A program made the translations under genes and the position numbers. 64,000 bases of DNA from Podarcis muralis. Taxonomy: Eukaryota. Under the pieces are notes generated by a model. The model was not told where the DNA came from, did no database searches, and saw only the letters and a program-made list of their open reading frames with translations. The DNA is taken from the NCBI RefSeq assembly GCF_964188315.1, contig NC_135660.1, forward strand, positions 99,200,001 to 99,264,000. Reading direction: 5' to 3'. Of the stretch, positions 46,501-57,740 are shown one piece after another (the first letter of the stretch is position 1; the number at the start of each line of letters is the position of its first letter).

Positions 46501-49500
46501 AACGTCTGCTGTGGTTCCTGATCCCAAGCGACTTCCTGTGTATACAGTGACCACATAGCGCACTTTATGGTAGGGGTCATTGTCAGGTAATACTAGTATT
46601 TTGTTTTTCCTTTTCAAATCAGCTTTATCTTTGATCATGGCCCAGGTAGTACACAAGATGTAGGCTGAAAAAATGAAAAACACAGCCAGCATTGTCACTG
46701 GGTTTGTGTCAAAGTCTGCTGAGAGGACCTTGTTTATATCCAAAGGATTAGGGTACAAAATGAAGCTGCCAGCTACAAATCTGACAGCATGAGAAGCCTC
46801 CTGTGATTGGCGTCTACTTCTTGTTGTGCTGTGGGCTTTTGCTTCACAGATGCAGTGTATCTTGGACCAGGTGGTCTGAGAGCCCAGGCGGCACAATCCT
46901 TCTTTCCACTGTTTCTGAATGCCATCCATACCTAGACAATTGGGTGTATAAACAGCAATGCGGACAATCTTTCTGGTTTGTCCTCTCACAATTGGGTGTG
47001 ATTGTAGTACAACTGAAATGTTCCACTTGCTTGCTTTATTGCCTTGGAGTGGAGACTGAAGCAATGACTGAGGAAGACAAAGTATGCGCACAGCCTTAAA
47101 TGCACAGTTAGTGATGCCAGGATTCATTTCACGTGGTGCTGGAGGTTTGTCATGGAAAACAATATAAGAAGCTATTGGAGAATGGCTGACATTGAGTCCC
47201 AGATAGATAGATATGTTGAAAGTAACTTTCATATTGCACAAAATCTGGATAAATACATACTTGAAGTTTCCTTTGACTTCAATACTAAATCCACCAGTTG
47301 TTTTGGAAAGCTTTTTATCTGGCCCAATTGTCAGATTAAATGTTGCAAAGTCCTTATTTTTCCTTGCCATGATAACTTCCACCACCTCGGGGGTAACCCC
47401 CAAGATATCACCATTAGCTTTGACTCCTACCATTTTGAATCCAGTCACTACTGTATGAATATCTGCTGCATCTGCCATCCAAGGGAAGGGATTCTCTTCA
47501 AACACATAATGCACTGTGGAAACCACAGCATCTGCTGGTAACTTAATGTGGTTCTCCTGCTTCAGCTGAGGATAAAAGTAGTTCTTGCATTGTCTTCCCT
47601 TAGAGAAAGTCCTAGAAACCTCCCACTTTTCACCTTTCCATAAGTGAATTGACCAGTTTTTAGCTTCCATATTAGTTTCATGTTCCCCAGGGACTTTACC
47701 TTGTAAGATAAGGTCAGCTAATATTCCTGTCACAGAAATTATTTCTTTAATTGCATTGACATTGACATTTCTATGGTTTAAGAGAGAAGCACTCAACACA
47801 TTGGACAAGCCAGTAAATATACCATTGCCAAGGACTTCTGCTTCCTGAGACCCTAGATCTTTGTCCCTGAGCCTTTTAAGAGTTTCAGTGGCCTCTTTTA
47901 GTGTTCTGACCGCAAACAGTTGTGCTTTCCTATTAACTTCATTAGCATCCTGTGTCACTTGACAAATACTTGAGACCGTTTGGGCTATCATCTGTATTTC
48001 AGTCAAAGGAATCACTGCAGACACATTAAGGAGGATTTCCCGCAAATCAGTTTTAGAGCCTTGACTGGTTGGCAAAGTCTCAATATTATTTAATACAGAG
48101 GCCACCATATAGGTAAGAAAGCCTATATTAAAGTAATCTTTAGTTTCAAGGAAAAAGGACATAGGGCCACTTTCCCCACTGATTAAACCATACAGTTCAC
48201 GGAGAAGAACAGTTGGTTTACTTCTTGGATTATAAACATTTGCTTCCAAAGTTACTTCAGAAAATACTCCATGGGCATCAGATACTTGAACATATATGTT
48301 TAAGGCATACTTTTTAGAGGGAATACCAGCAGGGAGAAATGATGGAGGGGTTTTTTGCTGATGACCCATATACACTATTATTCCAAATGTATTATTTTGT
48401 GCAGAAGATATTGCAGTCATTTTTGTTAGATCTGAATGTGCTATCACTTTGTATGTCAGAGGTCCATTTTTTTCTTCAAATCCAGTACACTGGACAATGA
48501 ATTTTGTACGGAATGCTATGCCTTCCCTTGGATAAATGATACATTTTCCAGTCTGAGGTGGAGAGCTAACATAAAATGAATGCCTATAAACAGCTGATTG
48601 TTTTCCCTTTGTGCTTACTTTCAGGCTAAGAGTATAGAATTTGTCTTCCATGTATCTGAATGCCAATGAATTTATATGCATGTATGGCTTTGATCTCCCA
48701 GTTGTAGTTTTGGAAGCCCAATCAAAATGTATTTCCTTAGAGTTTGCTGAAAGAAGTGACCAAAGGTAGACTGTTTGACTAGTTTTTGCACAATTTAGAC
48801 ATCTTGCGGACAGAATGAATCGCTCTGTTACTTTGATGGTTTTCCCACAATTTTCTAAACAAGTGGCATCCAGTATTGGTACAGAACCAGGCAGCACATG
48901 AACTGTTTGGAATGCATGGGCTGATTTGTGCTGCTTCAGAATTACTAGAATAAAATAATATTTTGAGTTTGCCTGAAATGTATTAGGTTCTACTTTTTGA
49001 ACTGGAGCACTTGAATGTGTCCAGCGTATATCTACTTGATTTGGACAGCATTTTCCCTCTGGGCTCAACCTCATTGTCGAATAGTCCAATTCCCGTTTGG
49101 TGCAATACCAATTAAAGGTGATACCTTCAAGGGGGTTGGCTGAATAAGGATCAGAAGAAGCAGATGCATCCAAAGTCCAATGATCAGAAACACCAACTGT
49201 CCGGAACAAACCACCAGCTATGGTTGCTACCAGGTCATTTTCTAGAATTTGGAGAAATACTGAATCAGACTCCATGATTTTTATATTATATGCAGGAAGG
49301 TACACTGTCATGGTCATATTTACATGATGAAAGCCATAAAATAACACATTTCTAGGTATATGAAATATGATTCCACTTGTATTTATCTCATCAGGTAGCT
49401 TAAGAGGATTTGGCCAGTCTGGAATAGAATATGCAGCTTCAAGGCTATAGATTTTCCACAGTATATCTATATCTGCACTTGTCCTGCACTGTGCCTTTGC

Positions 49501-51327
49501 AGTTGCTTGCAAGGTAATTGCTGACTCTCTCTTATAATGTATGATTGGATCAGAGAAATCGGGTTTATGGATTATAGCTGTCAGTTCATGACAGTAACTT
49601 TGCTGACAGGCCACTGTTGGGTGTAGGACCTTTGACGCGAAAGTATTGATACTGGCTTTTAAAACAGCGCGTGCAAGTCCACTTTTGCTGCAATTCACTT
49701 TGGCTACAAAGCCCATGTATTGTGAAGGACGGATAGATAAAACAGAGGGAGGGAGAAAATGGGCAGCATCTTTGACACCGTTACTGTAAGAATAAGTGTT
49801 GTTCCAAAGGAGGTACTCTTTCCTGGAATTAAAAAGTTGAAGGTTAAAGACCCACTCACACTGTAGCAGTGGATGTTGCACGGGAATAAACCACACAATA
49901 TAGACTAAACTTTTGTCAGGAGAATGTCCATTGAAAACGTGAACTTCAATATCTTTTTCTCCTAGAGACCTGAACAAAGTCCCTTTCCGATTCAGATACA
50001 CATGGATGCTGAACTTGGACAATTGCAGCTGCATGAATTCAACAATGATCAGGTAACAGAGGCTCTGCTCCTCGTAAAAGATATAGTGGGAGCTGTAGCC
50101 CTTCCTAGTGGTGGTAGTAGTGCTGTCTTCCTGTGTAGAATAGTACAATCCCAGTGTATGGCTAAAAATGTAGATGCCTCTTCTAGTTTTCTGTGGATTG
50201 AGTGTGAGATAAGTTGCGGCTCCGGTGCTTGCTCTGAAAATCAAAGTCTCATTAAAGAAATCAAGTTTTCCCGCCAGTTGTTCAGGCATCTTCTCATTAG
50301 TACGAAAATAGACACTGGCCACCACTTTCTCCCTGGAATTTTGTGGTTTGCGAACAGCACAGAAATCACTTTGCAGAGCAAAAGGATTATATCTGTAGGA
50401 GTCAGACCATTCCTCCACACCTTGCAAATCCACCAGTGTGTAAGCTGTTATTTTGGAGCTGAGGGGTTGGAGAGTCCATGAAAGATTGAGGGTCCTATGA
50501 GGAAGGCTGAGCAGTGTGGAGGAGGTGCTGAACACATGGAGCAGAGTAGGCTGCACATAGAAGCTCAGGCTACGTCCAAGTGGAGGCCCATTCTCAATAT
50601 GGAGTGAAGCGGTGTAGAATCCATGGAGGTGGTAGCGTACAGTTATGTAGTAGCTGTAATATGATGTACACGCTTGGTGCATTTCTGCATGAGGATAAAC
50701 AGTAGGTGCAAGTGGCTCGCTATAGAGGTTGCTGGGGATGAGGAGGTCTTCAGGAATACCCCCTTGACTCTTGAAGCGGTAACTCCAGGTGGAACTCTTG
50801 AGGCGTGCACACCAACCCAGCTGCACTGGTTGCCACTCATGAATAGGTAAAGTACGTGGCGAGAGAAGGAAAAGACGGACATCCTGCCTGGAAATTTCAA
50901 TTGTCAGGTTCTTATGAGCACATGTGGCTACATGGCACGAAACAGATACACACTGCACTGTGATACGAATAGAAGCCCATGGTGGATGGAGGCCTCCCCG
51001 AGTCAGAGCTGCACCTAACACCAGCTCACCTGACCAGCGATTTGTATTCTTTACCAAGATGGAGTCTTGGTACCACTGACAGTGAGGAGGGGGTAGGGTG
51101 TCCAGCTTTCCCTCCTTGATCTCTGAAGGCAGACTTTGGGCTCTTGAATACTTCAGGGCAATTCTCTCATCCCAGAAGCATGAAACACGAAGTTCATTGT
51201 CATGCTTCTGATAGACACGGTGTTGTGGGTTTGAGCAGGTGACCAACAGTGGGGGTGGTAGAAAACGAAAGGGTGCAGCAGCTGTTGCATACTGAGAACA
51301 GTAACAGAAGAGGAAGACAAGAAGCAT
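43594..51327 (-). CDS. PKDREJ: PKDREJ-like copy 3, intronless (2577 aa)
   Basis: Uninterrupted ORF, signal peptide MLLVFLFCYCSQYATAAAP, LDASASSDP REJ motif, PLAT, channel, C-terminus RQVNGKKIVYLSV. Paralogue, so the symbol is family-level. Confidence 0.94.
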   Translation of the reverse strand: MLLVFLFCYCSQYATAAAPFRFLPPPLLVTCSNPQHRVYQKHDNELRVSCFWDERIALKYSRAQSLPSEIKEGKLDTLPPPHCQWYQDSILVKNTNRWSGELVLGAALTRGGLHPPWASIRITVQCVSVSCHVATCAHKNLTIEISRQDVRLFLLSPRTLPIHEWQPVQLGWCARLKSSTWSYRFKSQGGIPEDLLIPSNLYSEPLAPTVYPHAEMHQACTSYYSYYITVRYHLHGFYTASLHIENGPPLGRSLSFYVQPTLLHVFSTSSTLLSLPHRTLNLSWTLQPLSSKITAYTLVDLQGVEEWSDSYRYNPFALQSDFCAVRKPQNSREKVVASVYFRTNEKMPEQLAGKLDFFNETLIFRASTGAATYLTLNPQKTRRGIYIFSHTLGLYYSTQEDSTTTTTRKGYSSHYIFYEEQSLCYLIIVEFMQLQLSKFSIHVYLNRKGTLFRSLGEKDIEVHVFNGHSPDKSLVYIVWFIPVQHPLLQCEWVFNLQLFNSRKEYLLWNNTYSYSNGVKDAAHFLPPSVLSIRPSQYMGFVAKVNCSKSGLARAVLKASINTFASKVLHPTVACQQSYCHELTAIIHKPDFSDPIIHYKRESAITLQATAKAQCRTSADIDILWKIYSLEAAYSIPDWPNPLKLPDEINTSGIIFHIPRNVLFYGFHHVNMTMTVYLPAYNIKIMESDSVFLQILENDLVATIAGGLFRTVGVSDHWTLDASASSDPYSANPLEGITFNWYCTKRELDYSTMRLSPEGKCCPNQVDIRWTHSSAPVQKVEPNTFQANSKYYFILVILKQHKSAHAFQTVHVLPGSVPILDATCLENCGKTIKVTERFILSARCLNCAKTSQTVYLWSLLSANSKEIHFDWASKTTTGRSKPYMHINSLAFRYMEDKFYTLSLKVSTKGKQSAVYRHSFYVSSPPQTGKCIIYPREGIAFRTKFIVQCTGFEEKNGPLTYKVIAHSDLTKMTAISSAQNNTFGIIVYMGHQQKTPPSFLPAGIPSKKYALNIYVQVSDAHGVFSEVTLEANVYNPRSKPTVLLRELYGLISGESGPMSFFLETKDYFNIGFLTYMVASVLNNIETLPTSQGSKTDLREILLNVSAVIPLTEIQMIAQTVSSICQVTQDANEVNRKAQLFAVRTLKEATETLKRLRDKDLGSQEAEVLGNGIFTGLSNVLSASLLNHRNVNVNAIKEIISVTGILADLILQGKVPGEHETNMEAKNWSIHLWKGEKWEVSRTFSKGRQCKNYFYPQLKQENHIKLPADAVVSTVHYVFEENPFPWMADAADIHTVVTGFKMVGVKANGDILGVTPEVVEVIMARKNKDFATFNLTIGPDKKLSKTTGGFSIEVKGNFKYVFIQILCNMKVTFNISIYLGLNVSHSPIASYIVFHDKPPAPREMNPGITNCAFKAVRILCLPQSLLQSPLQGNKASKWNISVVLQSHPIVRGQTRKIVRIAVYTPNCLGMDGIQKQWKEGLCRLGSQTTWSKIHCICEAKAHSTTRSRRQSQEASHAVRFVAGSFILYPNPLDINKVLSADFDTNPVTMLAVFFIFSAYILCTTWAMIKDKADLKRKNKILVLPDNDPYHKVRYVVTVYTGSRLGSGTTADVFLELIGKNGVSDVHHLKHPQFPTLFRAAVDTFLLTTKYDLGDLLSLHVWHNTGGSSPNWFLSRIKVQNMHTKKSWLFICRNWLGLGKADGKIERSIVAKNLKSSLDKMDYFWISFAKDLEDNHIWLSIFSQVVTGSFTRVQRVSCCLVIMLCNLLFNIMFFSGADDREILSVQLRYLKSMYIGFVSALFSIPLQLTIQILFTYSEEKPLLHNTRNGSKRSPSLMPETLEKEGKSAYSNGKDQHLPLSESNASNNNATDQDTSTTFEKEEPLHPEFMFFNKKPRFSWWCRYVSWTLVFLISGVSSSFIILYGLTYGFTTSMEWFIASMTSFFESVFLLQTMKLSLISAMSTISLKYCKNIPWISTEQYQNMKLIQSSVDEKDLRKLHHDLSKLRHSKEYEPLTEDEVIVLRKRVRAQHLAFVFVKDIVIHLVYSSCVFIAAFSAEPTTTFYYNKAIYNQFSFGLSDVNKLEHIYMWTSNVFLPLIHNDYHPTYVSESWSKILGLPRMRQVRAKNTEKECFPARNFAQGHMISESHCRYKYNSDPEDQSNYLGSWTIPTNQPTSKHSSSFQGFTYQSDIDQWEYKSYGVVDSYGPGGYSFYFFPGEQRPNTTMRMDDLQRNNWLDNRTWAVIFELTTFNPDVDLFCSISIVFETTDVGVVNSSLVVHSYKLSIFEYEPTSKRVVYGVIVYILAFYLADEFNMLRQERIGYLQTATNVNNFAIKTTSMFFLLLIALKFKLAFTLLEFHLLNPEQFVPFHVVSQIDQLYMMISGFLVFLLILKPYRYFRFLYDVRLAEKTMSVAFPEFVNLTLFAAVYFSVFTSFGYLTFGQSEWSFHTWILSLQTVVSYCFGAVKLASFSSNLWLGIFFQASCMFTMMFIFINLWRALIISTYNSMKQPTYEQHSDEAEAINFVVLKIQSIWFSITRQTPPTSDSDHVSTVIFGRSVVKDDYVCGLRSRQVNGKKIVYLSV

Positions 51328-51400
51328 CTTTGGTCTGATGGTTCAGGGGCAGCAGCTGACGACCAGCACCAACAGTTCCACACACACAATAATTGTGTTA

Positions 51401-51434
51401 ATTCTAGAATCTTTTACCTGTTGCCCCAAGCAAC
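51401..51434. promoter_or_regulatory. HSE-like plus RFX X-box module upstream of PKDREJ copy 3
   Basis: attctagaatctttt (from 51401) and gttgccccaagcaac (51420-51434), at essentially the same distance from the ATG as in copy 2. Confidence 0.65.
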
Positions 51435-51739
51435 TAAGGTTCACGTGCAATACAGAAGTAACATTTCTTTCTTTATATTCCTGATTCCTCTTCAATATAT
51501 ATATAAAACAAGTTGATCTTGATCTTTTTAAATATAAAGCAATGTTTGTGCTGAACAAATGAATAAAAGGTTATGTATATTTGCTTGAATAAATTGCTGG
51601 CTGTTTGCATTTTAGAAATTCCATAGGCTATTATTTTGCCTTCACTGATTTGAAAGTAGCATGCAGTAATATCGATAGACTCCCACTGGGTCAGAAATTA
51701 TAAACAGTAATATAGTCGCCTATTTCCTATACATCAGTA

Positions 51740-51945
51740 CAGTGGTACCTCGGGTTAAGTACTTAATTCGTTCCAGAGGTCTGTTCTTAACCTGAAACTG
51801 TTCTTAACCTGAAGCGCCACTTTACCTAATGGGGCCTCATGCTGCTGCCGCGCCGCCAGAGCACGATTTCTGTTCTCATCCTGAAGCAAAGTTCTTAACC
51901 TGAAGTGTATGTAACCTGAAGCATATGTAACCTGAGGTACCACTG
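51740..51945. mobile_element. Tc1/mariner-type MITE
   Basis: TIRs cagtggtacctc...gaggtaccactg, TA flanks; inverted relative to 41045-41275. Confidence 0.88.
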
Positions 51946-52845
51946 TATAGGTTAAAATTACCTAGAAAATATAGACACTTGTTAGCATCAGCAAGAATAT
52001 ATATTGACATTTCTAAATTTAATTTTTATATGAATGATATGGCTAAAGTTTTAGATGAGTTGAAATTCGCTCCTGTTGCTATTTTGTATCAAAAGTTGTT
52101 ATTACTGATGTATTTCTTTTATCCATGATTTGATTATGGATGAGGAAGCCGAGTTGGTTTGCATTATCAAGACCTGTCTGGATGAGCACGGTGGAGATGG
52201 TCTCACCCTGCTTCGCCCACCTGGGTATTCAGTGGAGCACTGGGCACACTCTGGCGTCAGATAGAATTTACTGTAGTCCATAGGAATTGTTTCTCTCTCC
52301 AGGCTTTGCCCTGCTTGAATGGAGACCTAGAGGGCTTGTGCCTGGCACTGGACAGTTGGTACAGATTAAGGATTCTGCCTCACTGCCCAGCAGTCTCCCT
52401 GCCTGAGCTGACAGAGATAGTCTTGGAGGTGGAGTTGAGGACTCCAAGACTGTTGGTTCCATTAATTCTGGGGCGGCTCAGAACCTTATGGCTGCTATGC
52501 TGAAGTCCTGGCTGACTTGTGGAATACACAAATGCCCTTGGGCCATGATCACTCCTCTGTGCCCTCTCCTGCTTTACCTTCTTCTTTTTCTTCTTTGATC
52601 ACTTGTAGCAGAGTAAGATTGTCTTCCATGAAGACAGTATTAACAGTGAGTCCGTTATGGGGTTTTGGAAGATGCCTGTGCATGAATCAGATCAGTGCAT
52701 GCTGACCACCACACAGTCTTTGCAGTAAGGCTCTGTTACGATAGCATGCTGCAGCCTTCATTTGCCTTCACAGCCATTGTAACATGTCACTTATCTTCTG
52801 CCTATTTTGCCATTGAGGACTTCCTGGATCATTCTTTGTCTAGTG

Positions 52846-53095
52846 CAGGGATAGGCAACCTAAGGCCCTAGGGCCAGATGCGGCCCAATCACCTTCTAAA
52901 TCTGGCCCGCAGATGGTCCGGGAATCACTGTGTTTTTAAATGAGTAGAATGTGTCCTTTTATTTAAAATGCATCTCTGGGTTATTTGTGGAGCATAGGAA
53001 TTCGTTCAGTCCCGCCCCCCCCCCCAAATAGTCCCCCCCCCAAGGTCTGAGGGACAGTGGATTAACCCACGGCTGAAATAGGTTGCTGACCCCTG
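52846..53095. mobile_element. hAT (Charlie-like) MITE
   Basis: Ends cagggataggcaacc...ggttgctgacccctg; degenerate 8-bp flanks gtctagtg / gtctaact. Confidence 0.75.
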
Positions 53096-53272
53096 GTCTA
53101 ACTCTTTCCCCTTGACCTTACCGCCTTGGGTGACTCCGGACGGCTTCGCTCACAAGGGTCATAGGAACATTCAAGCCCCCTCCCCATGACAAGGTGATGC
53201 TCCTGCTTTGTAGAGCCCATCTGGCTTCTTGCTATACATCAGAGCTAGGGAAATTAAACAAGTTGAGGGACA

Positions 53273-53640
53273 TGAAATATACTCAGAGGCGAGAGTGGAT
53301 TTCATGCTCTTTATTCAGCTCATAGTGGTGAGGAGGAATGAAAGCCCCCCCCCCCCAAATCTGCTTTATATACATTATTTACACAGTGGACCGCACGTGA
53401 TTGGCTAATTCCGGGATTCTCCTGTAGGCCAATCAGGTTGTGGATTCACTTCCACCTGGAGCTGGATTGGGTGGCTCCTGCAGACCAATCATACTGCTGC
53501 ATTGTTCTAGGACCAATCAGACTGCTGCATTCTGAATCCTATTGTTCTAGGACTGATCAGACTGCTGCATTTTGGATCCTATTGTTCTAGGACCAATCAG
53601 ACTGCTGCATTTTGGATCCTATTCAACTCAGTACATAACA
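53273..53640 (-). mobile_element. Solo LTR (368 bp), same orientation as PKDREJ copy 3
   Basis: Minus strand starts tgttatg and ends tatttca; 5-bp TSD ggaca on both sides; minus-strand TATATAAAG and AATAAA; three 40-bp tandem repeats at 53501-53620 carrying CCAAT boxes. Confidence 0.88.
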
Positions 53641-54779
53641 GGACAGATGTAAACAGGGCTTTTTTCAGCCGGAATATGCCAGAACTCAGTTCCAGCAAAT
53701 CTCAGGCAGCGTTCAAAATTAGCTGGGTGCCAGCCTTTTGTGAGGAAATGGAGGTGTCCAGGCGCCAGGTCAGTGCCTAATGTCTCCACCTGGCCAGGCT
53801 GGTGTGGCTGCAATGTCGTGCCAGCCAGCTGGTGTGCACAGCACCAAAAGACTCACTCCCGCTCCCCAGCTGAAAGAGCCCCCATCCCGCTCCTGCTTGC
53901 AGGCCAGCAGCCTCAGGCAGCCCCACTCTGCAAGCCACAGATGGGGTGGCTTTGCACCCTGGGCCTTGCAGACTTCGCCCCCCCAGTCACACATCAGGTT
54001 CTGTGCACTTGCCGCCTGTTCTATCTTGGGGGGGGGAGGCGAGCGGGAAGAAAGAGGTAGCTCATCTGCCCCCATGCCAGCAAAGGAAGCCAAGGAGCCC
54101 CACGGAAAGAGAGATGGGCTGGCTCATCTGGGGAGCTGAGCGCTAGGCCTGCAAAGCGCTGGGCTGAAAGCGCCTCAGCTCCTGTGGGGAGAGCTGAGGT
54201 GGTTTATAGCCAAACCATGATGTTTGGCTGATGATACATTGTGATGTTGAAAACCTGACATTGCCTAACCCCACCCCCACCCCCCAGTTATGCATTTGCA
54301 GCAAGTCACACTGGCATCACACAATGCTCACAACTTTCTAGTTTCACCCTGAAAAGGCCACCGAGTGATGGGCCACTGTATTCCTTCCCCTACTCCGATG
54401 GGGGTCTGACCTTGAAATCCAGACGGGTCAGGGAGAGGATGAAGGCCTCTGCGACTCTGTGACAGAATAGCAGGCCATTGCTACAAAAAGGGAACAAAAG
54501 AAGCTTCCCTAACACCATTGATGAGGTCGTTATTTCCACCAGAGCAAAGCCTGAGCGGAAGCCATGAGCTCGTTCCCCCCCCCAAGAATCCCGAGAGGTA
54601 CACGTGTATGCACCACACATTTGAAACAAGTAGGCGCGCACCTACATTCTCGGCACACTTAAGAAATTAAAGTGGCCCAAATCTAAATGCTTTCCGTTTA
54701 AGACACGTGCCCCAAACTGGGCAATAAAATATGCACTTCCTCTAAAAATAAAAAGGGAGCATCCTCGCAAGCCAGGCAA

Positions 54780-55230
54780 AGCCAGTCAGCTGGCAGCCCA
54801 GGCGCGGCTGGGGCTCTCACGGCCCCTCGGGCAGCCGGGCGCCTCCCCGCGCCCCCCGCGCCCGGCCAGCCCCCCGAGGACGCGGGCAGCCAGGCTCGCT
54901 CCTCCGGCAAAGCCCCTCTTTCGAGAGGGAGTCGCCAGGGGGCGCCGCAACCTCGCCTTTCGCTCCTCCGTGTTCTTTTCCGACGCCCGTTTCCGGATTC
55001 GGGGCGGCGGCTCCCGGGGCGGAGAGCGAAGCCCGTCTTCTCGGAGGGAACATGGCGCGTCTCCGCGACTGCAAGGTGAGTGGCGCGGCTCCTCCCGGCA
55101 TTACAGTTCCGGGGTGAGAAATGGGGGGCGAAGGCGCGGAGAGAGAGCGGGGGAAAGGGAGAAGGTTGGCTTTGCCTGCAGCGCGGCTTGGTGGCCAGGG
55201 TCCCGCTGCGCTTCCTCGAGAGAAAGAGCA
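54780..55230. promoter_or_regulatory. TTC38: CpG island, TTC38 promoter (head-to-head with PKDREJ copy 3)
   Basis: Very GC/CpG-rich, GC boxes, spans the TTC38 ATG. Confidence 0.75.
55052..55075 (+). CDS. TTC38: TTC38 coding exon 1 (MARLRDCK)
   Basis: ATG at 55052; LRDC matches the TTC38 N-terminus (LRDCQ); aag|gtgagt donor. Confidence 0.85.
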
Positions 55231-56273
55231 GGTGTTCTTTACGCCGTGGAAATGGGAAACTTTCAACAGGAGCCCTTTGGAAATGCTTTATTTGATGCGA
55301 CTCAGAAGCAAGTCCTGTTGAATTCAACGGCGCTTACTCCCAGGAAATGGGGCTAGGATCGCAGCCTCAATCTGCTCAATGCAGTAATGATTTTGAATCT
55401 TTGTAAGTTGTATAATCTACGTTCAGAAACATAAAGGTTTCACAATGCAGCTGTTAACTAAAAAGGCAGAGATAAAACACAGCATACTGGAAAATTAAAC
55501 AGTGGTAAAAGTCCGTGGACATAAAATGTGTTTGTGTTTGGTCATAATTTCTTCCTCAAACCTGCAGAGACAATAGGATAATTGCATGAACTATGTCAGG
55601 GCATTTTCACTTGAGGCTCAAAGGTTCTCTTGTCATCTGGTTATACATTGACCAAAATGCTCACTGACACATTTCCTTCTCATGATGACACTGTAATAGC
55701 AGAAGAGAGATTTTAGAGGCTCTGTGGGAAAATGCATTGTTGAACCTTAATACGGTTAATGTTCTTAAACTCCTCAGTTTTAGGTATGATGGGAAAGTCA
55801 GATGGATTGCTTTGGTGGGCGTGATGGTGGGCAGGGCTTCTTCCAGACCAGCCCCATCTTCTGCCTCTTGCCCCTGGGCCCTCTCTCTGCCCGCTGGTGC
55901 CTGAGTTTGCTTCTTTCCTCCTCCCTCCCTTTCCCCTTGGCTGCAGCGCTTGTGGGATTGTAAACCTGCAGACTGAAGCTGTCTTGTTTTAATTGATTGT
56001 ATTCAAGTTTCTATGGGAGCCTTTTTTGGCTGAAGAGCAAGGGTACAAATGCTCTAAATTATTTTTTTTATTTATTAAATTTCAATACCACCCTTCATCT
56101 GAGGATCACAGGACAGTTAACAATTCATGTATTTATTAAACTGCTTCGAGATTTTACTACACTCAAGCAGTATATAAAATTTAAGTGTGTGTGTGTAAAA
56201 TTTTTTAAGTGTTTTTCTGTTATGACTTCAGAGTTTCCAGAATGTTAATATTTCTACATCAGAGATAAAGTAA

Positions 56274-56435
<162 letters not shown>

Positions 56436-57414
56436 TAAATATTAGATACGTTTTCCCATATATTTTGGAGGGGTGAAATAAGAAAATTGCAATTACAAAG
56501 GGGCTGTGTTAGTCTTTCAGGTGTGAAGGGAAAATTCATATCAATAAAGGGAAAATAAAGATCCCCTTTAGTGATAAAATTCCCTTTAGTTTGCTTTTGC
56601 TATGCTCTCAAAAAGTATGAAGAAAGGTGAAGGCAATGGCTGTTTGATAGATGAATATTTTTATTACATTAACATACCACCTTAATCTTCTGAGGAACTC
56701 AAGGTGGTGCACCTGGTTCCCCTCCTCCCCATTTCATCCTCCTCACAACCACCCTGGGAGATGGCAGCTGGGCCTGGTCACCCAGTGAGCTTCATGACTA
56801 GCTGGGGATTTCAACCCTGGTCTCCCAGGGTCTGGATGAGTGGAGTGAGCAGGAGCATTGCAGTCCTCAGCTGTTTAAGGCTCTATATTTCAAAACCAAC
56901 ACTTTGAATTCAGCACAGAAACTAATTGGCAGCCAGTGCAGTCAAGCCCAAGCCAGGATTGGCATTCTATGCTCAAACTCGTCTTGCTCTGGTGAGCAAC
57001 GTAACCCCCAAATTCTGCACCACCTGAAGTTTCTGAACCATCTTCAGAGACAGTCCCAGTTTTCCTCCACTTGCATTCAGGCCTCGCTGTAGCTTGTCTC
57101 ATTGTCCTAAGTTCTGGACTATACCAAGGAGCCAAGCAGGCTCTGTGAAATAAGAGAAGTTGCTCATGAACTATAATGTCAGCAGCCTGACCCATTCAGA
57201 TGTTCCAGAGGTTGGTCAGGACTTTGACAAGAGAACCAGTCATAGTAACTGGAAAACCCCCCAGAATCACCTTGAAACCCACTGGATCCATCAGTCTCCA
57301 AGGGCAGACCATCCTAATAAGTCCCCTGGCTCTGCAGAGGAGAAAAGGTGCTGAAAAGGCAGTGATCTGACCTTGACAAGGAACTGATGTCCATATCCTC
57401 CACTTTCAGATCAA

Positions 57415-57740
57415 ATTATTATTATTAATAATTTATACCCCTCCCATCTGGCTGGGTTTCCCCAGCCACTCTGGGTGGCTCCCAATAGAATATTAAAAAC
57501 ACAATAAAACATCAAACATTAAAAACTTATCTGAACTGGGCTGCCTTCAGATATTATCTAAAAGTCAGGCAGTTGTTTATTTCCTTGACATCTCATGGGA
57601 GGGTGCCACTACCGAGAAGGCCCTCTACCTGGTTCCCTGTAACCTCACTTCTCGCAGTGAGGGAACCGCCAGAAGGCCCTCAGCGCTGGACTTCAGTGTA
57701 CAGAATGGACGATGGGGGTGGAGACGCTCCTTCGGGTATA
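57415..57740 (-). mobile_element. L2-clade LINE 3' fragment
   Basis: (att)n tail and terminal sequence shared with 10207-10405; gagaaggccct motifs typical of squamate L2 3' ends. Confidence 0.6.

Noticed and set aside
14503-50481. Many + strand ORFs within the PKDREJ genes, including near-identical 38288-38662 and 50002-50481
   Set aside because: Antisense shadows of the long ORFs; the duplicated pair simply reflects the conversion tract.
13614-51327. PKDREJ triplication as a haplotype or assembly duplication
   Set aside because: The copies differ extensively in protein sequence and have unrelated intergenic DNA and TE content.
53501-53620. CRISPR-like or satellite array
   Set aside because: Three adjacent 40-bp units with no spacers, inside an LTR U3, in a eukaryotic genome.
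55244-55320. Possible alternative TTC38 exon (MGNFQQEPFGNALFDATQKQ resembles KLFDATLTQ)
   Set aside because: Five-residue match, no proper splice sites, and the true exon 2 is present at 56295-56372.
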